Shown here in pieces: positions 38,777-48,838 of a stretch of DNA of 64,000 bases. How positions within the stretch are numbered: the stretch's first letter is position 1; the number at the start of each line of letters is the position of its first letter. The position numbers were made by a program, and so were the translations under genes. Origin of the DNA: Deltaproteobacteria bacterium (GTDB lineage Bacteria > Desulfobacterota > Binatia > DP-6); NCBI GenBank assembly GCA_005879585.1, contig VBKG01000312.1, forward strand, positions 4,400-68,399, in the 5' to 3' direction. The notes under the pieces are model-generated. The model worked only from the letters and a program-made list of their open reading frames with translations, was not told where the DNA came from and ran no database searches.

Positions 38777-40157
38777 GTTGCCGGTCGTCGCGGTCCGCGC
38801 GGACGACACGCACGCCGACTTTCCGCGTCCGGCGGGCCTGGAGTCACAGGTTCGGTTCTGGCGCCAGATATTCGTCGAGTACTCCGTTCACCAGGTCGTT
38901 CTGCACGACGCCGTCCACCTCGACAAGGTCTACAAAGTGCTCGATTTCCGGCCCGAGCTCGACGACGGCATGAGCCCGCTCCGGGTGGAGCGGTTGCAGC
39001 GCGCGGAGACGGACCTCGAGCTCGAGCGCATCCACAACACGCTGCTCCGGTTGCACTCGCTCGGCGGGGCCGTCGACGGGCTCAGCAGCGACGAGCGGCG
39101 CATCTACGACATGTTCGCCGACGACTCGAGCCCCGATCGGTTCCTCGTCGCCGCCGACGACAAGCATCTCCGAGCCCAGCGCGGGCTCCGCGAGCGCTTC
39201 GCCGAGGGCATCCGCGTCTCGCGCCGCTACCTTCCCGAGATGGAGCGCATCTTCCGCGAGGACGGCCTGCCTCCGGAGCTCACGCGGCTGCCGCTCGTCG
39301 AGTCGTGCTTCAACCTGCACGCCTACTCCAAGGTCGGCGCGGCCGGGATCTGGCAGTTCATGCCCGCGACGGGCCGTCGGTTCCTGCGCGTCGACAACCT
39401 CGTCGACGAGCGGCGCGACCCGATCTTCTCGACGCGCGCCGCGGCGCGCTTCCTCGACGAGATGCACGACTCGCTCGGCGCCTGGCCGCTGGCGATCACC
39501 GCCTACAATCACGGTCCCGAGGGCGTTGCACGCGCCGTCGGCCAGTGCGGCACCAGGGACATCGCCACGATCGTGCGCGACTACCACGGCAGCGCCTTCG
39601 GATTCGCGTCGCGGAACTTCTACGCGGAGTTCCTCGCCGCGCTCGACGTCGAGCGGAACTACCGCGAGTACTTCGGGAACATGCCCGTCGAGGCGGCGCC
39701 GAGGACGCGCGAGCATCGCCTGGATCGCGCGCTCGGCATCCAGCAGGCGGCGCACATGGCGCACGCCGACCGCGACGTCCTGGCCACGCTGAACCCGTCG
39801 CTCTCCTCCCTCGTCCTCGCCGGCCGCCGTCCGATCCCCCGCGGGGCTCGTCTCCGGCTGCCGGAGGGTGGCGCGAGCGGCTTCGAGACCCGGCTCGCCG
39901 AGGCGCCGGTCGAGGAGCGGGTCGTCGAGCACAAGGTGACGCCGGCCGTCGCGCGCCATGCAGCTCACGCCGGACGCGTCCGCCCGGCGGTGCTCACGTA
40001 TCGCGTGCAGCGCGGCCAGACGCTCTCCCACATCGCCAAGCGGTACCGGGTGAGCGTCGCGAGCCTGTGCACGACGAACGGGATCGGCAAGACGGGCCGC
40101 CTGCGGCCCGGTCAGACCCTCCGGATCCCGCGCGGCGTGCGCCGCAGCGCGGCCTGA
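38733..40157 (+). CDS. Membrane-bound lytic murein transglycosylase D-like (SLT domain + LysM)
   Basis: SLT catalytic region ESCFNLHAYSKVGAAGIWQFMP and a C-terminal LysM. Confidence 0.85.
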   Translation: MRVKLGFLVAFFFTTLPVVAVRADDTHADFPRPAGLESQVRFWRQIFVEYSVHQVVLHDAVHLDKVYKVLDFRPELDDGMSPLRVERLQRAETDLELERIHNTLLRLHSLGGAVDGLSSDERRIYDMFADDSSPDRFLVAADDKHLRAQRGLRERFAEGIRVSRRYLPEMERIFREDGLPPELTRLPLVESCFNLHAYSKVGAAGIWQFMPATGRRFLRVDNLVDERRDPIFSTRAAARFLDEMHDSLGAWPLAITAYNHGPEGVARAVGQCGTRDIATIVRDYHGSAFGFASRNFYAEFLAALDVERNYREYFGNMPVEAAPRTREHRLDRALGIQQAAHMAHADRDVLATLNPSLSSLVLAGRRPIPRGARLRLPEGGASGFETRLAEAPVEERVVEHKVTPAVARHAAHAGRVRPAVLTYRVQRGQTLSHIAKRYRVSVASLCTTNGIGKTGRLRPGQTLRIPRGVRRSAA

Positions 40158-40206
40158 GCACCGCTCGTTTCGACCGCGTTTTGCTTCTGGTACCATCCAG
40201 GAGCGG

Positions 40207-40860
40207 ATGCGGACCCATCCGGTCTTCCTGCGCCTGGAGGGCAGGCGATGCGTGGTGATCGGCGCCGACGCCCCGGCGGCGGCGAAGGCCACGGCCTGCC
40301 TCCGTGCGGGTGCGAGCGTGACGGTGATCGCGCCCGAGCTGCCGACGGCGCTCGAAACGCACCCGGAGCTCCGACACGTCGCGCGGGAGTATCGTCGGGG
40401 CGATCTCGGTGGGGCCTTCCTCGCCTACGCGTCGACCCGCGATCCGGCGTTCATCGCCGAGCTCCGAGACGAGGCCGGGCGCGCCGGCGTGCTGCTCAAC
40501 GTCATCGACGTCCCGGCTGCGTCCACGTTCTTCTCGCCCGCCGTGCTCGAGCGCGGCGACCTCGCGATCGCGATCGGCACCGGGGGCGCGAGCCCGGCGC
40601 TCTCGGCGCGCATCCGGCGCGAGCTCGAGGCGCGGGTCGGACCGGAGTACGGACCGTACGTCGCGATCCTGGGCGCGGTTCGACGGGTGCTGGAGGGCGA
40701 GGCCGGACGCGCCGACGTCCTCGCCGCGCTCCTCGACGCTCCGCTCCTCGATCTCGTGCGCCGCGGTGCGCGCGAGGACATCGATCGGGTGCTCGCGCGC
40801 GTGGCCGGCGACGGGGTCACGCTCCAGCGCCTCGGCGTCGTGCTCGACGCGGAAGGGTAG
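40207..40860 (+). CDS. Precorrin-2 dehydrogenase / sirohydrochlorin ferrochelatase (SirC / CysG N-domain-like)
   Basis: Rossmann GxGxxA (VVIGADAPAAAKA); position upstream of hemA. Confidence 0.8.
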   Translation: MRTHPVFLRLEGRRCVVIGADAPAAAKATACLRAGASVTVIAPELPTALETHPELRHVAREYRRGDLGGAFLAYASTRDPAFIAELRDEAGRAGVLLNVIDVPAASTFFSPAVLERGDLAIAIGTGGASPALSARIRRELEARVGPEYGPYVAILGAVRRVLEGEAGRADVLAALLDAPLLDLVRRGAREDIDRVLARVAGDGVTLQRLGVVLDAEG

Positions 40861-40862
40861 GC

Positions 40863-41810
40863 ATGGAGCTCGGACTGCTGCGCCTCGCCACGCTCCTCTA
40901 CCTCGGGGCGACGTTCGACGCGCTCGCGGGCATCGCGATGCAGCGCGAGCTGCCACGCTGGCTGCTTCCCCGGCTGCTGCTCGGCGGACTCGCCGTGCAT
41001 GGCGCCGCCATCATCCTGCGGTCCGCGGCGGCAGGACACATCGCGGTCACGACCTTCGCCGAGGCCCTGTCGTTTCTGGCAGTGGTGCTGGTGGCGATCT
41101 TCCTGGCGGTCCAGGCCCGCCGGCCGCTCGTGGCCCTCGGGGCGGTGGTGAGCCCGCTCGCCTTCGGCCTCGTGCTCGCTGCCGACGCCGCGTACAGCGG
41201 CGCGCGGCCGCTGCCCCCGGTCCTGCACAGTGCCTGGCTCCCGGTGCACGTCGTGCTCGCGACCCTCGGCGACGCCGTCTTCGCGCTCGCCTTCAGCGTC
41301 GTGCTCGCTGCCGACGCCGCGTACAGCGGCGCGCGGCCGCTGCCCCCGGTCCTGCACAGTGCCTGGCTCCCGGTGCACGTCGTGCTCGCGACCCTCGGCG
41401 ACGCCGTCTTCGCGCTCGCCTTCAGCGCGAGCCTCCTCTACCTGATCCAGGAGCGGCGTCTGAAGACGCACCGGGGCCGCGGCGTCCTGCGCCATCTGCC
41501 GTCGCTGGAGACGCTCGACCGGGTGAACTACGCGTGCCTCGTCTGGGGTCTCGTGCTGCTGACGCTCGGCATCATGAGCGGCATCGTCTGGGCGCACGAG
41601 GCGTGGGGTCGATCCTGGTCCACCGACCCGAAGCTCGTGTTCTCGCTTCTCACCTGGGCCGTGTACGTCGTCCTCCTGCAGGGCCGGATGACGGCCGGGT
41701 GGCGTGGACGCTGGGCGGCGACGCTCACGATCGCGGGCTTCGCCGTGATCGTCCTGTCCCTCGTCAGCGTCAATGTGCTCGCCCTCGGCAATCACGGGAA
41801 GGCGTTCTAG
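40863..41810 (+). CDS. Cytochrome c assembly protein, CcsA/ResC/HemX-like (WWD domain)
   Basis: WWD motif IVWAHEAWGRSWSTDPK, multiple TM helices; carries an internal 129-bp perfect tandem duplication. Confidence 0.8.
   Translation: MELGLLRLATLLYLGATFDALAGIAMQRELPRWLLPRLLLGGLAVHGAAIILRSAAAGHIAVTTFAEALSFLAVVLVAIFLAVQARRPLVALGAVVSPLAFGLVLAADAAYSGARPLPPVLHSAWLPVHVVLATLGDAVFALAFSVVLAADAAYSGARPLPPVLHSAWLPVHVVLATLGDAVFALAFSASLLYLIQERRLKTHRGRGVLRHLPSLETLDRVNYACLVWGLVLLTLGIMSGIVWAHEAWGRSWSTDPKLVFSLLTWAVYVVLLQGRMTAGWRGRWAATLTIAGFAVIVLSLVSVNVLALGNHGKAF
41170..41427 (+). repeat. Perfect 2 x 129-bp in-frame tandem duplication inside the ccsA-like gene
   Basis: 41170-41298 is identical to 41299-41427; duplicates 43 aa VLAADAAYSGARPLPPVLHSAWLPVHVVLATLGDAVFALAFS. 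Confidence 0.9.
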
Positions 41811-41811
41811 C

Positions 41812-43107
41812 GTGGAGCAGCGGACGATCGTCCTGGTCGGCCTGAACCACCGGACGGCCCCGGTCGAGGTGCGGGAGCGGCTGGCGTTCGGCAACGGCCG
41901 CCTCGAGCCCGCGTTGCGCGAGCTGATCGCCGTGCCCGGCATCCTCGAAGGCGCGATCGTCTCGACGTGCAACCGGGTCGAGGTGATCGCGTGCGGGGCC
42001 GATGCGGCCGCTGTCGGGAGCGCGCTGCCGGCGTTCCTCGCCCGCGAGCACGGCGTCGCGGACCCCGCCCTGGCGACGCACCTCTACACGCACGCCGATC
42101 GCGAGGCGGTTCGTCACCTCTTCCGCGTCGCCGCCAGCCTCGATTCGATGGTCGTCGGCGAGTCGCAGGTCCTCGGGCAGCTGAAGGAGCAATACGGGGT
42201 GGCGGCGTCGGTCGGTGCGTCGGGTCGCGTGCTCCATCGCTGCTTTCACAAGTCGTTCTCGGTCGCCAAGCGCGTGCGGAGCGAGACCGGGATCGCAGAG
42301 AAAGCCGTCTCCGTCGGCTCGGCGGCCGTCGAGCTGGCGCGCGGCATCTTCGACCGCCTCGAGGACAAGACCGCGATGCTGATCGGCGCAGGCGCGATGG
42401 GCGAGCTCACGGCGCGCCAGCTCCTCGCGCACGGCGTCGGCTCGGTGATGGTGGTGAACCGCACCTACGAGCGCGCGATGGACGTGGCTCGTGAGCTCGG
42501 TGGGATGCCCGTGCCCTTCGACCGCCTGGCGCGCTACCTGCCGCTCGCGGACCTCGTGATCGGCACCGCGAGCGGCGAGGACTTCCTCCTGGCGCCGCCG
42601 CTCGTCGACGAGGCGATGCGCGAGCGGCGCCGGCGGCCGATGTTCTTCATCGACCTCGCGGTGCCCCGCGGCCTGGACCCCGGTATCAACGCGATCGACG
42701 ACGTCTACCTGTTCGACATCGACGACCTGGAAGGCGTCATCGCGGACAACAAGGGCGCGCGGGCCCGCGAGGCGGTCAAGGCCGAGACGATCATCGACGC
42801 CGAGGTCGACGCCTTCTGGCGCTGGTTCACGAGCCTCGACGTCGTGCCCACCATCGTCGCGCTGCGCGACAAGGTGGAGGGCATCCGCCGCCGCGAGCTG
42901 GCGCGCGCCCTCGCCGCCGTCGGTGACGCGGACCCGCGCATGGGCGAGGTGCTCGAGCGCGTCACGAGCGCGATCGTCAACAAGATCCTGCACGGTCCGC
43001 TGACCGCACTCCGGCGCCACGAGGCGCAGGCCGGCGAGGCCTTCTACGTCGATGCGGCCCGCCGCCTCTTCCGTCTCGGCGCCGATCCCGACGACGAGGA
43101 AGACTAG
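41812..43107 (+). CDS. hemA: Glutamyl-tRNA reductase
   Basis: CNR active-site motif STCNRVEV plus NADPH domain; GTG 41812 just after the ccsA-like TAG. Confidence 0.9.
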   Translation: MEQRTIVLVGLNHRTAPVEVRERLAFGNGRLEPALRELIAVPGILEGAIVSTCNRVEVIACGADAAAVGSALPAFLAREHGVADPALATHLYTHADREAVRHLFRVAASLDSMVVGESQVLGQLKEQYGVAASVGASGRVLHRCFHKSFSVAKRVRSETGIAEKAVSVGSAAVELARGIFDRLEDKTAMLIGAGAMGELTARQLLAHGVGSVMVVNRTYERAMDVARELGGMPVPFDRLARYLPLADLVIGTASGEDFLLAPPLVDEAMRERRRRPMFFIDLAVPRGLDPGINAIDDVYLFDIDDLEGVIADNKGARAREAVKAETIIDAEVDAFWRWFTSLDVVPTIVALRDKVEGIRRRELARALAAVGDADPRMGEVLERVTSAIVNKILHGPLTALRRHEAQAGEAFYVDAARRLFRLGADPDDEED

Positions 43108-44024
43108 TGGGAGCCGCTCCCAGCCGGCTGCGGCTCGGCACGCGCGCGAGCCCGCTGGCGCGGGTGCAGGCCGAGGGCGTCCGCGCCGCGCTCGCGGCGC
43201 GCCATCCGGGCCTCACGGTGGAGCTGGTCTTCGTCCGGACGACCGGCGACCGAGTGACGGGACCGCTCGCTGCGGCGGGCGGCAAGGGGCTCTTCGTGAA
43301 GGAGATCGAGGAAGCCCTGCTCGACGGCCGGATCGACGCGGGCGTGCACTCGATGAAGGACGTGCCGGCGCGGCTTGCCGCCGGGCTCGTGATCGGCGCG
43401 GTACCCGAGCGTGCTGACGCCCGCGACGTGCTCATCGGCGGCGACGGGGGGCTCGCCGGCCTGCCGCCCGGCGCGCGTATCGGGACGGCGAGCCCGCGGC
43501 GGCGGGCGCAGCTCCTCGCGCACCGCCCCGACCTCGTGGTGGTGCTCCTCCGCGGCAACGTCGACACTCGCCTGCGAAAATGGCGGGCCGGTGAGGTCGA
43601 TGCACTCCTGCTCGCCGCGGCGGGGCTCGCGCGGCTCGGGATCAGCGAGCCCGCAGCTCAGCCGCTCCCGGTCGACGAGTTCCTGCCCGCCGTCGGCCAG
43701 GGCGCGCTCGCGCTCGAATGCCGCGCCGACGACGGTGCGACGCGGGCGCTTCTCGCCGCCGTCGACCAGCCGGCGGCCGCAACCGCGGTCGCGGCCGAGC
43801 GGGCATTCCTCGCCGCGGTCGGCGGCGACTGCAACAGCGCCATCGCGGCACACGCGACGCTCGCCGGCGGCCGGCTGACGCTGCGCGCGCTGGTCACCGA
43901 TCCCGACGGCCGCCGCCGTCTCGAGGAGCGCGACACGGCCCCCGCCGCCGACGCGGAGGCCCTCGGCCGCACCGTGGCGACCCGCCTCCTCGCCGCCGGC
44001 GCCGCGGCACTGATGGGTCGATGA
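43107..44024 (+). CDS. hemC: Hydroxymethylbilane synthase (porphobilinogen deaminase)
   Basis: LRLGTRASPLARVQAE N-terminus and cofactor Cys region; TAGTG overlap with hemA. Confidence 0.9.
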   Translation: MGAAPSRLRLGTRASPLARVQAEGVRAALAARHPGLTVELVFVRTTGDRVTGPLAAAGGKGLFVKEIEEALLDGRIDAGVHSMKDVPARLAAGLVIGAVPERADARDVLIGGDGGLAGLPPGARIGTASPRRRAQLLAHRPDLVVVLLRGNVDTRLRKWRAGEVDALLLAAAGLARLGISEPAAQPLPVDEFLPAVGQGALALECRADDGATRALLAAVDQPAAATAVAAERAFLAAVGGDCNSAIAAHATLAGGRLTLRALVTDPDGRRRLEERDTAPAADAEALGRTVATRLLAAGAAALMGR

Positions 44025-45574
44025 GCGGGCGCGTCTATTTGGTGGGTGCGGGGCCGGGCGATCCGGGTCTCCTGACCCTTCGCGGCCAGCGCTGCCTCGC
44101 CGCCGCCGACGTCGTCGTGCACGACGACCTCGTGAGCCGCCGGCTGCTCGAGCATACGCGACCGGCCGCCGAGATCGTCGCCGTGGGCGGCGCGCACGGC
44201 GATCCGGCGCGTCTCGGCCAGGACGCGATCGAAGCGCTGCTCGTGGCCCGCGCGCGGGCGGGCAAGACCGTGGTGCGGCTCAAGAACGGCGATCCGTTCC
44301 TCTTCGGCCGGGGTGCGGAGGAGGCCGAGGCGCTCCGTCGCGCGGGGATCCCGTTCGAAGTCGTCCCAGGCGTGACTGCCGCCCTCGCCGTCCCGGCGTA
44401 CGCCGGCATCCCGGCGACGCATCGCGATCACGCCTCGCTCGTGACGATCGCCACCGGCCATCAGGCGCGGTCCGCGTCGGGCGCGGAGCCGACGGTGCCG
44501 GCGCTTCCGTGGGCCGCGCTCGCGCGCCAGGGCGGCACGCTCGTCTTCCTGATGGGCATGCGCCAGCTGCCGGGGATCATGGCAGCGCTCATGGAGCACG
44601 GGCTCGGCGGCGACACGCCTGCCGCAGCCGTGGCGCACGGCACGACGGGCGGCCAGCGGACCGTCGTCGCCACCGTGGCGACGCTCGCCGAGCGCGTGCA
44701 CGCCGCCGGCGTCGGCCCGCCCGCCGTCGTCGTGGTCGGCAGCGTCGTGAATGTCCGGGAGCGGATCCGCTGGCTCGAGGATCGGCCGTTGTTCGGCCGC
44801 CGCGTCGTCCTGACGCGCCCGCGCGCGCAGGCGGGCGAGCTCGCACGGCTCCTCGAGGACGCCGGCGCGGAGGTCGTCCTCTTTCCCACGATCGCGATCG
44901 GCCCGCCGCCGGACGCGGCGGCCCTCGACCGTGCCGTGGCGCACGCGGCGGAGTACGACTGGATCGTGTTCACCAGCGTCAACGGCGTACGCGTCTTCTT
45001 CGAGCGCTTCACCGCGCAGAGACGCGACGTCCGGGCGTTCGCCGGGGTGCGGCTCGCGGCGATCGGCCCCGAGACCGCGGCGGAGCTCGCGCGCCGTCAC
45101 CTGCACCCCGACGTCGTGCCGGCGGAGTACCGGGCCGAGGGCTTGATCGCGGCGCTCGGCGGCGAGGACGTGCGCGGCCGGCGCTTCCTCCTGCCGCGCG
45201 CGGCCGGCGCCCGCGCCATCCTTCCCGAAGCGCTCGCCGCGCGCGGCGCGGTCGTCGACGAGGTCGTCGCCTACGAGGCCGTCCTGCCGCCCGACGCCGA
45301 CGTCAGCGGCCTGCGGGCGGCGCTCGGCGAAGGATCGATCGATGCGGTCGCGTTCACGAGCAGCTCGACGGTGCGGAACTTCGTGACGCTCGTCAGCGAG
45401 GACGACGTCGGCCGCCTGATCCGCGACGGCCGGCCCGCCATCGCGTGCATCGGCCCGGTGACGGCCGAGACGGCGCGGGCGGCCGGCCTCGCCGTCGCCG
45501 TCGAGCCGCAGGCGTACACCGCGGCCGCGCTGGCCGCGGCGCTGACGGAGCATCTCCGCACGCAGCGCCGGTGA
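44021..45574 (+). CDS. Uroporphyrinogen-III C-methyltransferase / uroporphyrinogen-III synthase fusion (CobA-HemD)
   Basis: N-terminal [15 protein letters not shown] methylase plus C-terminal HemD domain; ATGA overlap with hemC. Confidence 0.9.
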   Translation: MSGRVYLVGAGPGDPGLLTLRGQRCLAAADVVVHDDLVSRRLLEHTRPAAEIVAVGGAHGDPARLGQDAIEALLVARARAGKTVVRLKNGDPFLFGRGAEEAEALRRAGIPFEVVPGVTAALAVPAYAGIPATHRDHASLVTIATGHQARSASGAEPTVPALPWAALARQGGTLVFLMGMRQLPGIMAALMEHGLGGDTPAAAVAHGTTGGQRTVVATVATLAERVHAAGVGPPAVVVVGSVVNVRERIRWLEDRPLFGRRVVLTRPRAQAGELARLLEDAGAEVVLFPTIAIGPPPDAAALDRAVAHAAEYDWIVFTSVNGVRVFFERFTAQRRDVRAFAGVRLAAIGPETAAELARRHLHPDVVPAEYRAEGLIAALGGEDVRGRRFLLPRAAGARAILPEALAARGAVVDEVVAYEAVLPPDADVSGLRAALGEGSIDAVAFTSSSTVRNFVTLVSEDDVGRLIRDGRPAIACIGPVTAETARAAGLAVAVEPQAYTAAALAAALTEHLRTQRR

Positions 45575-45625
45575 GCGGACCCCGTTTTTGCAAAGGCTCC
45601 GCCGATCAACTATCGGAAGGGGGCG

Positions 45626-45671
45626 CGTGAGCGCGAGCGAAGGATATTCATGAGCGCGAGCGAAGGATATT
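45626..45671 (+). repeat. 2 x 23-bp tandem duplication of the hemB translation-initiation region
   Basis: GTGAGCGCGAGCGAAGGATATTC / ATGAGCGCGAGCGAAGGATATTG then ATGAGCCGC of hemB; creates two 7-8-codon mini-ORFs whose TGA stops nest into the next start. Confidence 0.8.
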
Positions 45672-46650
45672 GATGAGCCGCTTCCCCGCCTATCGCCCGC
45701 GGCGGCTCCGCCGCAGCGAGGCGCTCCGCCGTCTCGTTCGCGAGACCCGCGTCGTCACGGAGCAGCTCGTCCAGCCGCTCTTCGTCGTACCGGGCGACGG
45801 CGTCGAGCGAGCGGTCGAGTCGATGCCGGGCGTGGCGCAGCGCTCGGTCGACCGCACGGCCGAGGAATGCCGGCGGCTGGCCGACGTCGGCGTCCCGGCG
45901 GTGCTGCTCTTCGGCATCCCGGAGGAGAAGGACGCGCGGGGCCGCGGCGCGACCGACCCGGGCGGCATCATCCCGCGCGCGCTCCACGCGGTCCGCCGGG
46001 CCACCCCGGGCCTGGTCCTCATCACCGACGTCTGTCTCTGCGAGTACACCGATCACGGCCACTGCGGGGTCGTCCGCGAGGGCGACGTCGACAACGACGC
46101 CACACTCGAGCTGCTCGCGGCCGAGGCGCTGGCGCACGCGCGGGCCGGCGCCGATGTCATCGCGCCGTCGGACATGATGGACGGCCGCGTCGGTGCCATC
46201 CGTGGCGCGCTCGACGCCGCCGGCTTCTCGCATCTTCCCATCATGTCGTACGCCGCGAAGTTCGCGTCCGCGCTGTACGGCCCGTTTCGCGATGCTGCCG
46301 AGTCGACACCGGCCTTCGGCGACCGCCGCTCCTACCAGATGGACCCGGCCAACGCGGAGGAAGCACTGCGGGAAGTCGCGCTCGACGTCGAGGAGGGCGC
46401 CGACGTCGTGATGGTGAAGCCTGCGCTCCCGTATCTCGACGTCGTCCGCCGCGTGAAGGAGCGGTTCGGGTATCCCGTCGCGGCCTACCAGGTGAGCGGT
46501 GAGTACGCGATGGTGAAGGCCGCTGCCGCGCGCGGCTGGCTCGACGAGGCGCGCGTCGTCGACGAGAGTCTGCTGGCGATCAAGCGCGCCGGCGCCGACG
46601 TCATCATCACGTACTTCGCGAAGGACGTCGCCGCCCGGAGGCGGGCGTGA
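45670..46650 (+). CDS. hemB: Porphobilinogen synthase (delta-aminolevulinate dehydratase)
   Basis: Conserved ALAD active site ([12 protein letters not shown] zinc-type Cys cluster). Confidence 0.9.
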   Translation: MMSRFPAYRPRRLRRSEALRRLVRETRVVTEQLVQPLFVVPGDGVERAVESMPGVAQRSVDRTAEECRRLADVGVPAVLLFGIPEEKDARGRGATDPGGIIPRALHAVRRATPGLVLITDVCLCEYTDHGHCGVVREGDVDNDATLELLAAEALAHARAGADVIAPSDMMDGRVGAIRGALDAAGFSHLPIMSYAAKFASALYGPFRDAAESTPAFGDRRSYQMDPANAEEALREVALDVEEGADVVMVKPALPYLDVVRRVKERFGYPVAAYQVSGEYAMVKAAAARGWLDEARVVDESLLAIKRAGADVIITYFAKDVAARRRA

Positions 46651-48077
46651 GGCGACGGCACCCGGCACGGGCCCTCGCGCTCGCAACGGCGCTCGCCGTC
46701 GCCGCTCCGGCGGCCGCCGTCGACGAGCGCGAGCTGGGCCGCCATTTCCTGCTCGCGGCACGCGGCGAGCTGCCGATCGTGCAGGATCCCGTGGTGGCGG
46801 GCTACGTCGAGCACATCGGGGAGAAGCTCGTCGGCGCCCTCGGCGCCCAGAGCTTCGACTACCGGTTCTACGTGGTCCAGCACCCGGCGCTGAATGCGTT
46901 CGCCGTCCCGGGCGGGTACGTGTTCGTCTTCTCGGGCCTCCTCGCGCGCATCGGCAACGACGACGAGCTCGCCGGCGTCCTCGCGCACGAGATCGGCCAC
47001 GTGCACGGCCATCACCTGCTGCGGCAGCAGAAGGAGGGCCAGGTGTGGACGGCGGCCGCCCTGCTCGGGCTGCTCATCTCCGCGGTGAATCCGGTCCTCG
47101 GCGCCGCCGGCATCGCCGCGGCGGAGACCGCGCAGCTCAAGTACTCGCGCGAGTTCGAGCAGGAGGCCGACTACCTCGGGCTCCGCTACGCGAGCGAGGC
47201 GGGCTACGACCCGCACGCGCTCGGCTCCTTCTTCAAGGAGCTCCTCGCCGACCAGCGGATCAACTCGGCCGGCGTACCGGCCTACATGCTGACCCACCCG
47301 CTCACCGAGGACCGGGTGGCGAACGTCGCGACCGCCATCAATTCGCAACACCTGAAGACGCCGGCGGGGCGGCCGGCGTCCGCCAAGGAGCTCCCCGAGG
47401 TGCAGGCCGTGGCGCGGGCCATCGCGGAGCCCACCGACGTCGTGATCGCCCGCTATCGCCGCATGGCCGACGACAAGCCCGACGACGCCGAGCGGCAGCT
47501 GCTCCTCGGGCGCGTGTACCAGACCGTCGGCCAGCTCGACGCGGCGCGGAACGCGCTCGAGCGGTGCCGTGCCCTCGGCGGCCTCGACGGGCGCGTCGAC
47601 CGGCCGCTAGGCACGGTGTACGTCGCGCTCAAGAAGCCCGCCGACGCCCGCGAGGCCCTCGGCCGGTATCTCGCCAAGCACCCGGAGGACGGCTGGTCGC
47701 ACCTCCAGCTCGGCAAGGCGCTCGCCGACGCCGGCGACGACGGCGGCGCGCTCCGCGAGTTCCAGCGCGCGATCACGTGCGACCCGGAGCTCGACGAGGC
47801 GCAGCGGCTCGCCGGGGTGGCGCTCGGCCGGCGCGGCAACGAGGCCGAGGGCTTCTACCGCCTCGCGGTCGCGTCGCGGCTCCGTGGCGAGCTCGAGCAG
47901 TCGCTCAGTCACTTCCAGCGCACGAAGCCGCTGCTCGACCCGTCGAGCGCGCGCCGCCAGGAGGTCGACCAGGCGATCGCCGAGCTCGTGCCGCTCGTGC
48001 GCGAGCGGGAGCGCGAGCGGATGGAGCGGCGGCGCGGCCCGCGGCGCGGCGCGTCGCTCGGCGCGCTGCGGCCGTAG
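46647..48077 (+). CDS. M48-family metalloprotease with TPR repeats (BepA/YfgC-like)
   Basis: HEIGHV zinc motif and signal peptide; GTGA overlap with hemB. Confidence 0.85.
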   Translation: MRRRHPARALALATALAVAAPAAAVDERELGRHFLLAARGELPIVQDPVVAGYVEHIGEKLVGALGAQSFDYRFYVVQHPALNAFAVPGGYVFVFSGLLARIGNDDELAGVLAHEIGHVHGHHLLRQQKEGQVWTAAALLGLLISAVNPVLGAAGIAAAETAQLKYSREFEQEADYLGLRYASEAGYDPHALGSFFKELLADQRINSAGVPAYMLTHPLTEDRVANVATAINSQHLKTPAGRPASAKELPEVQAVARAIAEPTDVVIARYRRMADDKPDDAERQLLLGRVYQTVGQLDAARNALERCRALGGLDGRVDRPLGTVYVALKKPADAREALGRYLAKHPEDGWSHLQLGKALADAGDDGGALREFQRAITCDPELDEAQRLAGVALGRRGNEAEGFYRLAVASRLRGELEQSLSHFQRTKPLLDPSSARRQEVDQAIAELVPLVRERERERMERRRGPRRGASLGALRP

Positions 48078-48115
48078 GCGGCGCCGGAATCCGGAGGCGA
48101 CGTCCGGGCGAACCC

Positions 48116-48838
48116 ATGTACCGGGGGCTCTCCGTGATCGCCGTCGTGCCGGTCCTGAACGAGGAAGGGAAGATCGGCCGCGTGCTCGGTCGCATGCCGC
48201 GCGCGGTCGTCGACGAGATGCTGGTGGTCGACGACGGCTCGACGGACCGCTCGCCGGAGATCGCCCGTCAGCTCGGCGCGAGCGTACTGCCGATGGGCCG
48301 GGTCGCCGGCGTCGGTGCGGCGCTCCGGGCCGGCTACCGCTACGGCGTCGACCACGGCTACGATGTCGTGGTGGTCATGGCGGGCAACGACAAGGACGCG
48401 CCGGAGGAGGTCCCGCTGCTCCTCGACCCGATCGCCGACGACCGCGCCGACTTCGTCCAGGGCTCCCGCTTCCTGAAGCCGCGGGCGAGCTTCGGCGCGA
48501 TGCCGTTCTACCGCCGCATCGCGACCCGGGTGCACCCGTTGCTGTTCTCGCTGGCGGCACGGCGCTGGGTGACGGAATCCACCAACGGCTTCCGGGCCGT
48601 CCACCGCCGCGTGCTCGCCGACCCACGCCTCGACCTGTCCCCCACGTGGCTCGACGCGTACGAGCTCGAGCCGTTCCTCTACCTGCGCGTCATCCAGCTC
48701 GGCTACCGGACGGCGGAGGTGCCGGTCACGAAGGTCTACCCCGCCCGCCACCTCGGCCAGACGAAGATGCGGCCCATCACCGGCTGGTGGTCGATCCTGC
48801 GCCCGCTCGTCTACGCGAGCCTCCGGCTCCGCCGATGA
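48116..48838 (+). CDS. Glycosyltransferase family 2
   Basis: GT-A fold with DDGSTD motif. Confidence 0.8.
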   Translation: MYRGLSVIAVVPVLNEEGKIGRVLGRMPRAVVDEMLVVDDGSTDRSPEIARQLGASVLPMGRVAGVGAALRAGYRYGVDHGYDVVVVMAGNDKDAPEEVPLLLDPIADDRADFVQGSRFLKPRASFGAMPFYRRIATRVHPLLFSLAARRWVTESTNGFRAVHRRVLADPRLDLSPTWLDAYELEPFLYLRVIQLGYRTAEVPVTKVYPARHLGQTKMRPITGWWSILRPLVYASLRLRR

